A stretch of 61,951 bases of DNA, from the NCBI GenBank assembly GCA_032718475.1, contig JAUCBJ010004332.1, forward strand, positions 1 to 61,951. Reading direction: 5' to 3'. Position numbers and translations under genes: made by a program. How positions within the stretch are numbered: position 1 is the stretch's first letter; each line of letters starts with the position of its first letter. The notes beneath the pieces are model-generated. The model was not told the origin of the DNA, did not search any database, and saw nothing but the letters and a program-made list of their open reading frames with translations. The DNA is from Nemertoderma westbladi (lineage: Eukaryota > Animalia > Xenacoelomorpha). Of this stretch, positions 27,101 through 40,884 are shown in pieces.

Positions 27101-28679
27101 TAGCTATTTCTGCGCCGACTCGGACAAACCCATTTCCGACAAACGCGAAAGCCGTTACCTACGCCACCCCTACTGAGAATTCTAAAGTTCTGACGCATAT
27201 CGGCACCACGCAGCCACAACAACAGTTGCCGGCGGACTTTGTGGGATGATCATACTGCAAGCGGAACGACAGAAACAATAGCGGAAATAAACTACGTGGA
27301 TGTCGCGCTTTTAAGGAGTTGGGGATCGAAGAAAGGAGACTCCAAATTCGATTGTTAGATTCCTGCTGGAGATGTACAAAGCCAGGACACGTCCAGAAGG
27401 ATTGCCCGAGCGACAACACATGTCCTCAGTGTGGATGTAACCATGACGCGTTGCTTCACACAACTAGTCATACTCCAACCAAACGCTTTCGACGAGAGCA
27501 TCCAGATAAAGCGGCTAGATGCGACGCGCTTTATAAGGAGCATGTGCCACGCAAGATCCGTACGTTTTACACAGACTGTATGGATCAATCGGGATCATCG
27601 GACGAGTACGAGGAGGAAGACGACACTTTCTACGTGCATGCGGGTAAGGAACAGCCATCGGTAACACTCCTCACACAGAACCAATTGAAAGGGTTTAGCG
27701 TGATTCCTATAAAAATTACCGGAACCCGAGGGAGCAAGCGTATATACGCTATCTTAGACTCTGCGTCATCACACAGTTATGTCAACGAACAAGTAGCCGA
27801 CGTGGTTACGGACATGAGTCAAGGTAAGACTGCTCAGGATATTATAAGCAGCATGCATGGTAAAAGAGTGATCCCTGTGACAAGAGTAAAACTAACCTTA
27901 GACACTCTTCTTTCCAAAGCGGAACACAGCAAGGAGGAGCGCTCATTACTTCCGGTAAGAAATTTAACCTTTACAGCTACGAAGGACTTTAGTAACTTGC
28001 TCGGCCCTGTGCCAGAGCAATCACCGGAAGATCGTAAGTATTTCCAACACCTTGGAATACCGGAATGTCCTGTTAATTATTGTTCCGTTCCATTACAATG
28101 TTAATTGGGACAGACCAGTTTAACTTACATCAGGTATGGGAGACACGCCCATCTGTTATTACAGCGGGCAACCCCTACGCATGTAGAACTCCCATAGGTT
28201 GGTATACTAGAGCACCAATACGTTCACTGGAGGTAAGTGACCAGGAGGACAACGTTTTGAGTACGTGTAGTTTATTGACTACTACGATAGATAATTCTCC
28301 TTCACACTCCTGTGGTCCAATTGTACAGACGGCACTATGACAGACTTGCGTCACTAACGCAGACGCCACCGTTACTGACGTAACTGATCTGGATACGACC
28401 ACACGGACCTCTGACTTACAACTACTTGCAGTAGACCAGGTTGTATTGACTACTGAAGACCAATGGGTTGATGCTGTGGATGACTTGATGAACGAGGATT
28501 TTGGAAGGCTTGCAAGCCTACCGAAAAATCCGAAAGTCATTGACCCCACCCACTAAGCTTCGACACCGGTCGTTGATCTTGGAAGGCTTGCAAGCCTACC
28601 GACAGATCAAGAAGTTGTCAAACCGCCGCACGACGATTCGACGCCAACTAGTGACACCGGAAGGCTTGTGAGCCTACCA

Positions 28680-29770
28680 TTATATGGGATTCCTGATGAA
28701 ATTATTGCAGCAATCAGATCAGTATACGATGGTTCGACAACATTTGTGTCTACTGTTGACGGTGACACAGAACCATTTGAAGTGTTATGGGGCGTCCTCC
28801 AAGGAGACACACTTGCACCATTCTTGTTCATTATTGTGGTTGACTATGTTCTACGCATGTCCTTAGATCATCATAATGATGATGGGGTGATGATAACTCC
28901 ACCTACTGGCTCCAGAAGTCGAGGAAATCCTGCCAAGTACCTAACTGATCTAGACTTTGCTGATGACTTAGGAGTACTCTCAGAATCATTAGAGGGAGCC
29001 CAGCGGCTCCTCAGCTCATTAGAACATGCTGCTTCTAGTGTTGGTCTTTTTATTAACTCCAGAAAGACCAAAATTCTGACAGTTAACTTTGAAAGTCCTC
29101 AGCAAGTCTCTGATCGGATGAGCATAAGCTCAAAGGATGGTATGCTTGAGCATGTGGACGACTTCTGTTACCTGGGATCATGGATCCGGAAGTCAGGTGA
29201 GGACCTTCGAATACGTAAGGGAAAGGCATGGGCAGCCTTGAATAGGCTTTCCAGGATTTGGAAGTCACCTAGAATTAATCGGAAACTTAAGGTCCGATTA
29301 TTTAGAGCAGCAGTAGTTCCAGTACTCCTCTACGGGAGTCCATGCTGGGCTCTAACTGTTGAGGACACCAAATCTCTGGATGGCACATTCACAAGAATGC
29401 TACGCCGGGTACATTGTGTCAAGTACAATGCACACATCTCCAACCAGACACTATATAACATTGGAGGTGTCTCATTGGTTCCCCCAAGCTTGACACTAGA
29501 ACAAAATCGCCTCCGCTTTGCAGGACATTGCTTTCGCCGTGAGGACCAGCCAGTGCATAATCTTGTACTTTGGCAGCCTCATGGAGTGAATAAGCATGGT
29601 GGACAGCCCATGACTTTCTTGAGACGCATCTTAAAGGACACTGGCCTTAAAGATGCGGATGATCTAGCAAATGTCATGGGTGATAGGGAGTTGTGGCGGC
29701 GCAATTTTGTTGACAAGCCGGCACAGCATTCTTAAAAATGCAGCTGCAATGCAGCATGCCGATCCTAGTA
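28680..29770 (+). mobile_element. 5'-truncated non-LTR retrotransposon (RTE-like) RT fragment; ORF ends at 29735
   Basis: Motifs GVLQGDTLAPFLF, DLDFADD, FCYLGS, VLLYG, RLRFAGH. 10-bp TSD GAGCCTACCA (28670-28679, 29771-29780). Removing it restores the B pol frame (VSLP|DTLTLA). Confidence 0.9.
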
Positions 29771-31764
29771 GAGCCTACCAGACACATTGACACTAGCCAC
29801 CGCAGCGGACGAAGATGTGGACGAGGACCATGGCGCAGTGCAAGCAGCGCTTGACCGACTGCTGACTGAACGGACCATTCAATGGTTGGAGCAGGACTCA
29901 GCAGAACCCGGTAGTTACGAGACCGCTATGTCAGAACAGGAAAAACGGTCATTAAATATTATGAGAGATACCATTCGCCAGACCGCGAATGGCCACTATG
30001 AGGTTGGTATGTTGTGGCGCAATGGACAACCTAAGCTTGTTAACAATTACCCGCTTGCTTTGAGGCGACTCAAATCAATAAGGCAGCAATTGTTGCGAGA
30101 CGAGACGGCCCATATGCAATACAATGCGCAACTTCAGACGTATCTCCAAAAGGGATACGCCATTAGGATGTTAAATCCCGAGGTAACCACAGATCAGACA
30201 TATTACCTGCCACATCATTTTGTTTGACACCCGGAAAAACCTGGCAAGGTGCGTGTAGTCAACGACTGCGCCGCGCTTTACCAAGGGATGTCTATGAACA
30301 GCAAACTTATGGACGGGCCGAATATGAATAATTACCTCATGGGAGTCCTAATGCGTTTTAGACAATGCAAAGTGGCTTTCACCTATGACATAGAGGCCAT
30401 GTTTCACCAGGTTAAGGCTTTGGAGCGGGACAGGGACAGCTTGAGGTTTCTTTGGTATCCGGACGGAAACTTAGAACTTCCGCCAGAAACTTACCAAATG
30501 CAGGTAAGAGTCTTTGGAGCCAGGGACAGCCCCAACTGCACCATGTATGCCTTAAAGCAGACCGCATTAGACAGTCGAGACCAATTTGACCCAGAAGTAG
30601 TTTGGACAGTGGAACGAGATTTCTACGTGGATGACGGCCTCAAGAGTTGTGACACTTTGGAGCGCGCTACAACCGTAGCACACCAACTCCAGGATTGTCT
30701 CGCTGAGGGCGGATTTTACATGACTAAATTCGCTTCCAACCAACCCGAACTGGTGAACTCATTTGACCCGACTGATCGCAGTGGAGGTGACTTAGACTTA
30801 GACCTAGAACCTCTGCCGACGACCAAAGTATTAGGACTTAGTTGGGACCCTAACACCAACAATTTTAGGGTACGTGTAAGGTCCAACAACCAGACTAGAC
30901 CTCTCACTAAGAGGACTTGCTTATCGACCATGAGTCAATTGTATGACCCATTGTGTTTCATTAGTCCAGTGATCCTACATGCTAGGATCATACTCCGCAG
31001 CATTTGGCAAGCCGGACTGGAATGGGATGATCCCATCCCAAAAAAGTTAGCTGAGCAATGGAGGGACTGGGAAGCCCAACTGACGTTCCTACAAGACTAT
31101 ACCATACCGAGGGTATACTTTCCTTTGCAGACCACCTTTCCTGCCGATTTAGAGCTTCACAGCTTTAGTGACGCTAGCAAGGATGGATTGGGGGTTACCT
31201 TATACCTTAGACGGCAAGTGACATCGGACAGCTACGAAGTGTCTCTCGTTACTTCAAGAGCTAGAACAATGCCATTGAAGTATATGACTGTACCTCGTGG
31301 AGAGCTGCAAGCCGGGACAATATCTACCGATATTGTCAGTCTAGTTCAACGCAAGCTGGAGGCTAACTTGAAGGTCACATATTGGACGGATGCGACGTTG
31401 GTACTTTGGTACATAAACAACGAAGCATTTGAGTTCAAGACTTTCATAGCCAACAGACGGGCTGAAATATTAGACCGGTTGCTCAAACAAGATTGGCGTC
31501 ACTGTCCAGGGAAGCTGAACCCAGCCGACATCGCGTCACGGGGGATGCAACCGCTTGACTTTTATAAACCGGACAATAAATCCTTTTGGTTTAGAGGACC
31601 CGATTTCCTACAGCGACCATCAGACAAATGGCCACCGTTATTCGACGCAACAACCAACACCATACCAGAGGGTGCCGAGATAAAAATCAACAAGGTTGTC
31701 AAATCTAAAGCGAAAGCCAACGCCAAGGTCAAGAGGAAACAGGGACAGACGAAATCTGATGACC

Positions 31765-32170
31765 TGGATGCCAGACCTGACATTATGCCAGACGTCTCAC
31801 CAGACTCTCGTCCAGACGCTTGTACAAATCTTTCGCCGGATGTTCCGCGGGAGATTTCACCAGACGTTTCGCCAGATTGTTCACCAGATTACTCGCCAGA
31901 TTATTCACCAGAAGCGACACCAGATTGTTCTCCGGATTGTTCGCCAGATTGTTTTATGGAACTCTTGACAGAATGTCTGCCGGACGTCTCACCAGACTTT
32001 CCACCAGACATCTCGACAGACTGTCCACCAGACTTTGGACCAAACTTTCTGACAGAAGTTACGCCAGACTTTCTTTGGGACCAACAACAAGACATTTTGC
32101 TGGATGTTCCGCGCTATGTCTCACCAGACGTTTCACCAGACTGTTCACCGGACGCTTCACCAGACTGTCT
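31765..32170 (+). repeat. 12-nt coding repeat giving an (xSPD)n linker between RNase H and integrase of B
   Basis: Recurring CCAGA(C/T)/CCGGA units translate as ..VSPDCSPDYSPDYSPEATPDCSPDCSPD.. Confidence 0.85.
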
Positions 32171-34781
32171 ACTAGACACTCAACTAGAAGACCCATTGGA
32201 GCGGACATTTAGAAACTTACCAAATTTGACTTCTTTGGACGACAGAGGTGTGGCCACAGCGATCACACTCCGCTCAAAGAAAGTACTTGACTTACCACCT
32301 ACAGGTAAACGTGTGACTAAGGTTAGGAAGCTCACAGGCTCACAGGAACACACAAATACTGTAGAGTTGAAACCGTTACTGCCAGTCGACACATTAGGTG
32401 CGGACGGTAAAGGTAAAACCGTAGAAATTGACATACTTGGGGACTCAGACAAACCTACCGGAAGGCCCGTGGGCCTACCAAGTCCAGACAAGTATCCACA
32501 CTACGACTATACTTTACCTGATGACGTCACTAACACTTACGTTGACTGGATAGTAAACCTAACTAGATCATGGACTGACGCGTGCCGCAAGTTAGCATGG
32601 CTCAAACGTTTGAGACAATATGCCAGAGGCAAACGCGACTTTCCTAGAAGACTTACCTAAGGGAAGTTGGTCATTGTGAAGTTTATATTGTTAGACATTA
32701 TCAATTGCGATATTTCGCACGAGAATTCACAGCGATCAACCAAGGTAAACAGATCAAGTCTTCACCGATTTTGAGTTGGAGTCCGATTATTTACCGGGGC
32801 TTACTTTGTCACAAGTCCAGACTCCAAAACATCGACTTTGCACTTGACTTTAGGTATCCTATCATCATAAGGCAACACCATGAATTACAGGGAGCTATGA
32901 TACTGGACGCACATGTACAACTCAAACACGCGGGTAGACATCACTGTCTATCACACTTATGATCGAGGTTTGTACTGATTAGACCTAGCAAGGCACTGAG
33001 TTCGGTGACACGGAACTGTATGATTTGTAAGAAGGTGCACGCGAGGATAGGACACCAAGAAATGAGTGAACTTCCACTAGCTAGATTACAGGCGTTTAGA
33101 CCCCCTTTCACTGAGACAGGGATAGACAGTTTTGGACCCATAATCGCGAAACGCCGAAGGGTCCAGGTAAAACGTTGGGGAATGATCTTCACTTGCATGG
33201 CCAGCAGAGCTGTCCATATAGAGCGTGTGACAGATTTAACCACCAATGCCTTTATCCTAGCCTTACAGCGATTTATCGCTAGACGTGGATTGGTCAAATC
33301 CATTTACTGCGACCAAGGGACAAACTTTGTGGGTGCATGGAACAAAACAACCAGAGCTTTGAGAAAATTGGACCAAAACCAGATTTCCGAGGAACTACGT
33401 CCTCACCGAATTGTTTGGTATTTTAATACTCCAGACAGTCCGTGGAGAGGCGGCATTTGGGAAAAGCTGATTGGCTCAATTAAGACAGCTATGGCTAAAG
33501 TAATACCGACGCAACACATATTGACAGACAACCAACTGACGACGCTGTTAATAGAAACCAAAGCAATTTTGAACACACGACCGATTGCTTTGATCCTAGA
33601 CAATAACGACGCACAGTTTGCCTTGACACCAGCGCACCTGCTTTATGCAGGCGCCAACGACATTGTTGCCCATTTTGGTACCCGTTAATAGCGACAGATA
33701 CGGCAACAAAACTTGGAAAATCACTCAATTGATTGCAAATAAATTCTGGGAAATATGGCAGAAATATTATTTGCCCTCTATTTCGACCAGAACCTCTTGG
33801 TATTTAAATACCCGATGTTTGAAACGTGGTGACCATGTTTTATTGACTGAAGCCAATCTGAAAAGACGGTTTTGGCTGACCGGAGCCATTTTGACCACGC
33901 ACCCTACATCTGGTGTAGTGAGAACAGTTACTGTAAGGACTATCCGCGGTCGTACCATAGACAGACCAGTACAACGTCTCGTGCTCCTTGAGGAGACTAG
34001 AAACGAGACAGGAGACTACGAATCTCCACCCAATATTAGTAAATAGAGATGTGGGACCCTTGTTGGCCACCACATAGACCTACCGTATTTAGTAATTTAG
34101 CATTTTGTATTACTGTACGTGCATTTGTAATCCTCTTCACTGTAGTTAGAGACAGCGGTGGAATTCCATTGTCTTTATATGTGAACATGGAGGGTAGTAC
34201 CCTTATGTATCACATAGGAGCGGGATTGTGTGTACAGTAGGAATGGAATTCCACTTGGAACCCACAAGTGAGACAATTTTTCAAAAATTATTAGACAAAT
34301 CCATTTAGTTGGATTTAAATTTAAGAAAAATGATTCTCCAGTGAATGTGAATTCTAGAATACAGCTAGATAAGAAATAAAATTGGGGAGGACAAGAGCGG
34401 ATGGAAGTCTTGCGAGCCTACCGATAAATTTTTTTTGGAAAAGAAAATCGGCCTTGTTCTACGTAGTCATGTCTACTATTATTTAGACCGAATTAACTCT
34501 CGACTGCATTATTTTCTTTGGGAATGTAGTTTGGGAAATTAAAAGGTGAGTATTTTACACTCGTGGCTAGTTTACCCGGAATTCGTTTTTTATCGGCACA
34601 TTTTTTTGGATTAGGAGCCACTGCAAAATCACGCGAGCCCAAAGTCATTAGGCAAATGGGTTGGGGTTTTAGAGCAAAGTTGAGCCAAAAGCCAACAAAC
34701 TCTAAGTCACCTCACATCTAACCTCTATTTTGTGCTTCATCTAGTAGAAACGTAACGATATGTAATCATATATAAGCGTAT

Positions 34782-37700
34782 ATGATGGCGGAGAATATTT
34801 ATAAGGAGTTACGTCAAGGGTTTACACAGGAACAAGAGCACCAGGCGCCATTTAATCGTCATGGAGCTAAAAACTTTAGTGTGTTTGGAGTAGAGAGTAT
34901 GGCTAGGAGTACAGCCAAGCTCGCTAAATCCAAGGCGGACCCGAATGTTACGCGGCAGCGATTGGACGCTTATAACAAAAGAACGGAGGAATTATGCACG
35001 GAGTTCAATGCGTTATATCCTTACAATGCGTTATGCGACGCTAGTGACATTTGCGAGGATCCAGACACCGAAATACGCCGATTATATCATATGCTGCAAT
35101 ATTTGACGGTAAACGAACCCTTACCTGCAGCCAGAGACAAATTCGAAGGAATGCATCTTTATAGACGCGCTCAAGGAGCGGATCCAGAGACAAAGGACGT
35201 GTTCTCCATATACAAACTGTTTTATAAATGTGGAGCATGTATGCGCGAGCAAGACAACGCGATTCCTATGCGGTTGAACTCGGAGAACCCCGATCGATGT
35301 TAGCGCGATGCTCATACCACCAAAGTCTACGTTACCAAGAAGGCGGATACCCTTTGACGAATCCATATCATTCATTTAAGATGAGTGGACTGAACGCGGG
35401 TGAGATCGTTATTTACAAACCCAAATTAGTCGAACCAGACGTCTACAGTATGGTAGTGGATGAGTCTATTAAGTCGACACAAGAGAAACTGGAAGCTTTG
35501 AGCCTCTACAGGGCATACAAGGCGTACGAGAAAGGCAAGATCGAGGAGTTTGGCGGAAGGCTCGCAAGCCTACCATTCTATTGGATATCCCACAATCAAA
35601 CCGAACCTAAGGAGATGACACCCGAGCTCTTCGATAGTATCACCTTTGCTCAGCGTTTGTCGCAGAGACTACAGATACCTCATGTCGATATGACGCGAGA
35701 ACCTCAACCCCATTCTGCTGGAACGATAGTACCGGTTGCAAGGCCAACTAGTTTTCCTATTAGTATACCGACCCGGAAGGAGACAACTTACAAGATTCCT
35801 ATAGTTGAACACCCAGAGATCATTTCAAACCTGGATTTCCTCCCATCGGTTACCTATGGTGATGTGTTCGAGTCAGCCGAGTTGCGTAGAACAATAGTTC
35901 AGAAAATCGTACGCAATGTGCCTCCACACATTACGGACTTTGAGGAAGTGGATCGCGCGGGGACGGATATCGCACCTTGTATCTTGCGAGGATATCTAAC
36001 TAAAACAATTTGATTATGGATTGGAGTCGGAACGTTTGAGACCGACACCGATATCGCGACCAATTGGACTGGAAAACCTATTAGTTTCGATGATGAAAAG
36101 TCGATTAGGAGAATTTGGAACCTACCGACGATTTACTCGACAATTGGGACGTGACTAGCCGATCTCTGAAGGAGAATGGTTATATGTTTCACGATAATGA
36201 AGGAGGAAGCCACCAGCAAAGCCTCACTTTGAAGACTATACAGATTAGAGCACCAGATGGCGTGTTACATGTCTTCAGCCGACAAAGAAGCGATAGAAAG
36301 ATGCCTATGCCGGAAGGAACGATGCAAAGACACGCGATGATAAAACGGATAGTTAAATCCATGGACCTGGCTTGTAGCATAGAAGCTAGGATGTTGCCAA
36401 AGGCTGTGCGAGACGTTGTGCTGGATAAAAGCATCGTCAAGATCGGATCCGGTGTACGGGATGACCTTATTAGCAACTTTGCAGGGATGCCCATGGAAGA
36501 GGACCGATTGCCTACGCCATACGTGGATACTAGACCATTGTTGCTTTGGGCTATCGAGCAAGGATACTTTAGAGAGTATAACACGCAAAAACTGGGACGG
36601 GTTATATCTCATATCTAATGTTCAGTTGGGATTATAAGGAGAGTAAGAGGAGCAAATACACGGATGTATACGGAGAGGGAGACACCCCCAACGTAAACGA
36701 GTTCGAGTCACAGCTAAAGTAGCGAGGTTGCGTGTACTGGGCGATTACATCACCTCCCCGAATAATCTTACAATACTACTTGGCGATAGAATCTTCAGTC
36801 AACGTCTGCTTCATCGCTGATGTTGTGTCTAGGACTCTAAAGCAACATCCGTTATGTCTCGGTGAAGGACATACCTTTTACGACAGAGGAAGAACGCATA
36901 CTGATGTATTCCAACGATTTCTCCAACCCTTTTATAACACCGATGCGCACTGTAAAGTTTTCACGCGAGCAGGACTTAGCATTTTCAGGGACGTCTATCT
37001 CACTCACGCGGGAAGTCTAGTCAACAGACCATCGATGTTAATGTTAGTACCCTATGAGGGGGAACGCCACGCGGAATTCAAAGGCCCGGAAGGATCCTGG
37101 AAGGCTCGCAAGCCTACTGCCCATCACGACGATGTGGATCCGACCGAGTTGGCGATAATAGACAAACCATTGCGGCAACTCATAGAAATAGAGGAGAACC
37201 TTCCGAGGAAGATGCAAACTGAGATACGCGAGTTGGAGAAAAGCGATGCCATGGTTTGTGTACAACCCACGGAGACGAACATACCAACTGACCCGACTGA
37301 TGAGAATTATCATGTGGACGGTAGCGCTCGCCCCATCGGAGATCTTATCTATGAGCGAGTTTGGTACCCTGCCAACACTATTTGTGGCAGATGCGGGGCA
37401 ACTGGCCACCATGCAAAGAAATGCGGAGCGAAACACATATCTCTACCGGACTTAGTATGCAACTGGTGCGGGGATCAGCGTTCGCATACTTTCTACACTT
37501 GCTGGCGTTTCGTGGCGCAGTGCACATATTGTAATATTAAAGGCCATAGGGCGTCCGAATGTCAACTTAGAGACGTTCCCTATGAGCATATGTCAGTTAA
37601 AATCGTTCGACAGCGATTCGACCATTGGGAGAATCTAGCAGACGAGCATGTATCAACGCAGCAACGCCGTTTCCCTATGAGAGCACATTTAGGATTTTGG

Positions 37701-38335
37701 GCCATAAACCCTCTCATAATGTCGAAGGAAGGATACGTGTTGGCTATACCTCAGTACGACGAACTTCTGGAAGTGCTGGATATATTGCCACTGGATAGCG
37801 GATTTAAGGTTGTGCGGGACTACTTTCTACAGGTACACCCCGACAACAAGAATACTTGGAACTTTCAAACTGTGGTGAACAAGATTACCGCCAGGGAATT
37901 CGACAAATTGCGAGTTGAACAGCGGAATCAAGGAGCCTGGCATTCGATAGCTTGGGCATACAGAAGCGCATTTTATCACAAACGCGTAACCTCGTGTATT
38001 CTGACGAGACCGACGTTTTGCGTGAGACTGGCTTCAAAGCCACACCGTTAGCTGAAAAGACGCGTCACCCACAGGATGATCAGCAATTTCGTATACTCAG
38101 AGCCCAAAAGGCCGGACAAGAGATAAAGAAAGTAGTAAATGTCGCCGAGAAGACAACATCAAAGTCGCAAATCCGGATGACTCGGGGCACGGTTTCCCTT
38201 GCTAGAGAACCACGCGGAGGGACAGGATACGTTTTGCCGGAACCCATTAGGATTCAAACAACGTCAGAGAGCAAGGTGTCAACGGACGGAACGGTCCCAC
38301 CCTTTCGACTTCCTCCCAGCGTTGTAGAAACTTGA
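34782..38335 (+). pseudogene. Element B accessory ORF2: Cys/His N-terminal domain, DEDDy-like exonuclease, three CCHC knuckles (disrupted)
   Basis: Motifs: HDNEG; LPKAVRDVVLDKSIVKIGSGVRDD; YVDTR; YLAIE; CGRCGATGHHAKKC; CNWCGDQRSHTFYTC; CTYCNIKGHRASEC. Collinear with ORF2 of A. The 3' end is approximate. Confidence 0.78.
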
Positions 38336-38573
38336 TCCGATGTTAAGCCGACAGTTGGAATCAGACGAGGATTTAGAGGACTGAGCGCACAACGGATGAG
38401 CGAGACTCCCATCGTCCCTTTTCCTAGCGTTTTGGAACCACCAACAACTCGACGCCGAAGTCCGAGACCAGTTCGATCTCGACCACCACCCAGTCGTGCT
38501 AGAGGACGTGGACGAGCCCGGTCGGCTAAGGAATAGGAAAGCGAAGAGAAAGGAAGGCTTGCGAGCCTACCGA

Positions 38574-38678
38574 TTGGATATTTATATTTGGATATTTATA
38601 TTTGGATATTATATTTGGATATTATATTTGGATATTATATTTGGATATTATATTTGGATGTTATATTTGGATATTTAT
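38574..38678. repeat. 12-bp minisatellite (TTGGATATTATA)n
   Basis: About 8 tandem units directly visible. Confidence 0.9.
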
Positions 38679-40884
38679 GTCAAATGTTGGTTTGGAGGAG
38701 CGAGATAGAGAAGGAAGGCTTGCGAGCCTACCATTAGCAATCAGTGCTCGGGAGAAGATATCCAGATCAGCAGGATGAACTTTTAAGATCGTCAGAAGGA
38801 CACTTTAAGACTCATTTGAAAGTTATTAGCGCATTATGTTTATTTTATATTTGGACTGATTTAATTTGGTGGAAATTTATTATGTATATTTACAATATAT
38901 GAAAGAATAATTGAAAGAGTTTGAAATTATTTGTTCTAATTTGTTTAATCTAATTTGTTTGATTTGCTTATCTTGATAACCAAAAGCTTATTTTTGTATT
39001 TTAGGCACTAAAGTTAATTAGTAAATTTTTATTTTGTATGTATGATCGATTGTATTTACGCCGTACCTGCAATATTAAGTATGCAATAATTAGATAGTGA
39101 TTATATTTTATATTTTAGGCCCCACCCGTAGATTTAGAAATATTTTGTAAATAGTTTTGTATTTCGATTGGTGAAAACAGTCTTACTTACTGTTTTCATG
39201 GAGAGGTGATGAATTATTTCACTATAAGATAGCATTTGTAGTTTAACTTTAACGTAAAACTTTCGAAAATCCGACGCATTTTGATTAAGTTACAGTAATG
39301 TAATATGCCTATTTATATTTGTATACATAAAACCCCTAGTTACTCTCGTGGCGTAGTGGTCAGACGGTTAAGGCGTTGGTTGCATTACATAGGTTACGAG
39401 TTCGAATCTTGGTCGGGAAATTTGCATTTTGGGGCAATTTATTTTCATTTGGTACAAATTGGTAAGCCAATGAGGTGCGTACAACGTATCGAACGATGAG
39501 ATAGGCCAATCATAGGGCATGGAATAACTTATTGCTCCAATGTGAGGCCATGGAATACTCTAGAAGGTTCTAGTGAATTCTATGTCCCAGATTTAGTATA
39601 TAAAGGGCTGGTTTGCCTTCGGTTATCACTTGTAAACCTAGTTATCTTCTGGTCTTGACACAATTGTACTCATTAGCTATCACTTCTTGTTGTCATTTCT
39701 TAACTTGTTTCTTGTTGAAACTATGTTAAATCTGTTCGATTATTCTTTTGCTAAACTGTAAATACACTGGAAATTTCTGAACATGTTTTTCTTTGGTCCA
39801 ACTTTGGGACAGCCAAACATCGGGAAGATGACCGCCTAGACCGTTAGGCCGTCGGCAACGCAGGGAAAAGATGTCCACAACACGCTAGTGCCCACATTAG
39901 ATTAGACCGCGCACCCCCTTCGCCCTTGGAAATACTCCACTTGCCATGCAGCGCCCGCTTTATGAGGAAGGTAAGACTTTGTTTGACGCCCTTGCCCGCC
40001 GTAAGACCTATAGATCAGGGTAAGCGTGACGCCGTCCTGGGACGTTGCAAAATTTAGGATCAAATAATTATATTTAGGCAGAACCCCTTTTGTCAGTCCT
40101 GCAAACCCCCGGGTTACCTGTATACCTCACAGGTAATGTGAGCTATTGCCGTTCGTCAGTACGCAAGTACATATTAGGAACGGACAGCATACGTTCCATA
40201 ATTTAGTGATTTGTAGTACTGACTGTTTGGTACCGGTTCGCTTTGTAGAACATACATTAGTACCCCACCTCGACTGAAGTTAGTTATTTGATCAGGCAAG
40301 GAGTATTTCCGCTACCGGCACACCGCTTGGCCTAGGGAGGTTTTATAAATATCCTACCGTGCCTTGCCACGTACTGATAGGTATCTGCTGCTAACTACCG
40401 CAGCAACAAAGTTCTAGAATCAAATTCGTATACCAGATAAGCTAACGTACGGTAGCAATTAACCCCTATTTATTATCTTACAACCAGAATCTGGTGTTTG
40501 TGCCAATCACGGGTGTAGTTACTAACACCGTGGTTGCCCAGTGAGTTGTGGATAGGAAGGAGAGAGTCATTTGTAAGTATAAAGTTCTACAAAACGCAAC
40601 TAGTTTATTTTAGTAGCTAGCGCACGATATTATTTCGGTCAGAAAATTACTAAAACCTAGTAAAATGGTATACCAAAATTGTTTTATTGTAACACACCCA
40701 CACACACACGCCCTAACATATTTACCCTTAGAGTTTCTACTAGTTATAGCGCACTTTAGATTACCTTTAGGCAAAATTTATCTGTATTTGTAAGATTAGG
40801 ATCTGATATTTAGTTACGGCAAGAAAGGGAGTATTTCATTTTGTTATTAAACTGTTGTTTTCTGTGCAGCAGTTATTGTCTATA

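Larger units (their letters stand above)
24131..34046 (+). pseudogene. Element B gag-pol polyprotein (disrupted, interrupted by a LINE)
   Basis: Coiled coil; DUF1759-like EKFNYLLLVLSGEP; CWRCTKPGHVQKDC and CPQCGCNHDALLH; protease ILDSAS; RT DIEAMF and FYVDD; RNase H LHSFSDAS; integrase DSFGP, CDQGTNF, WEKL; DUF5641-like tail. Many stops and frameshifts. Confidence 0.93.
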
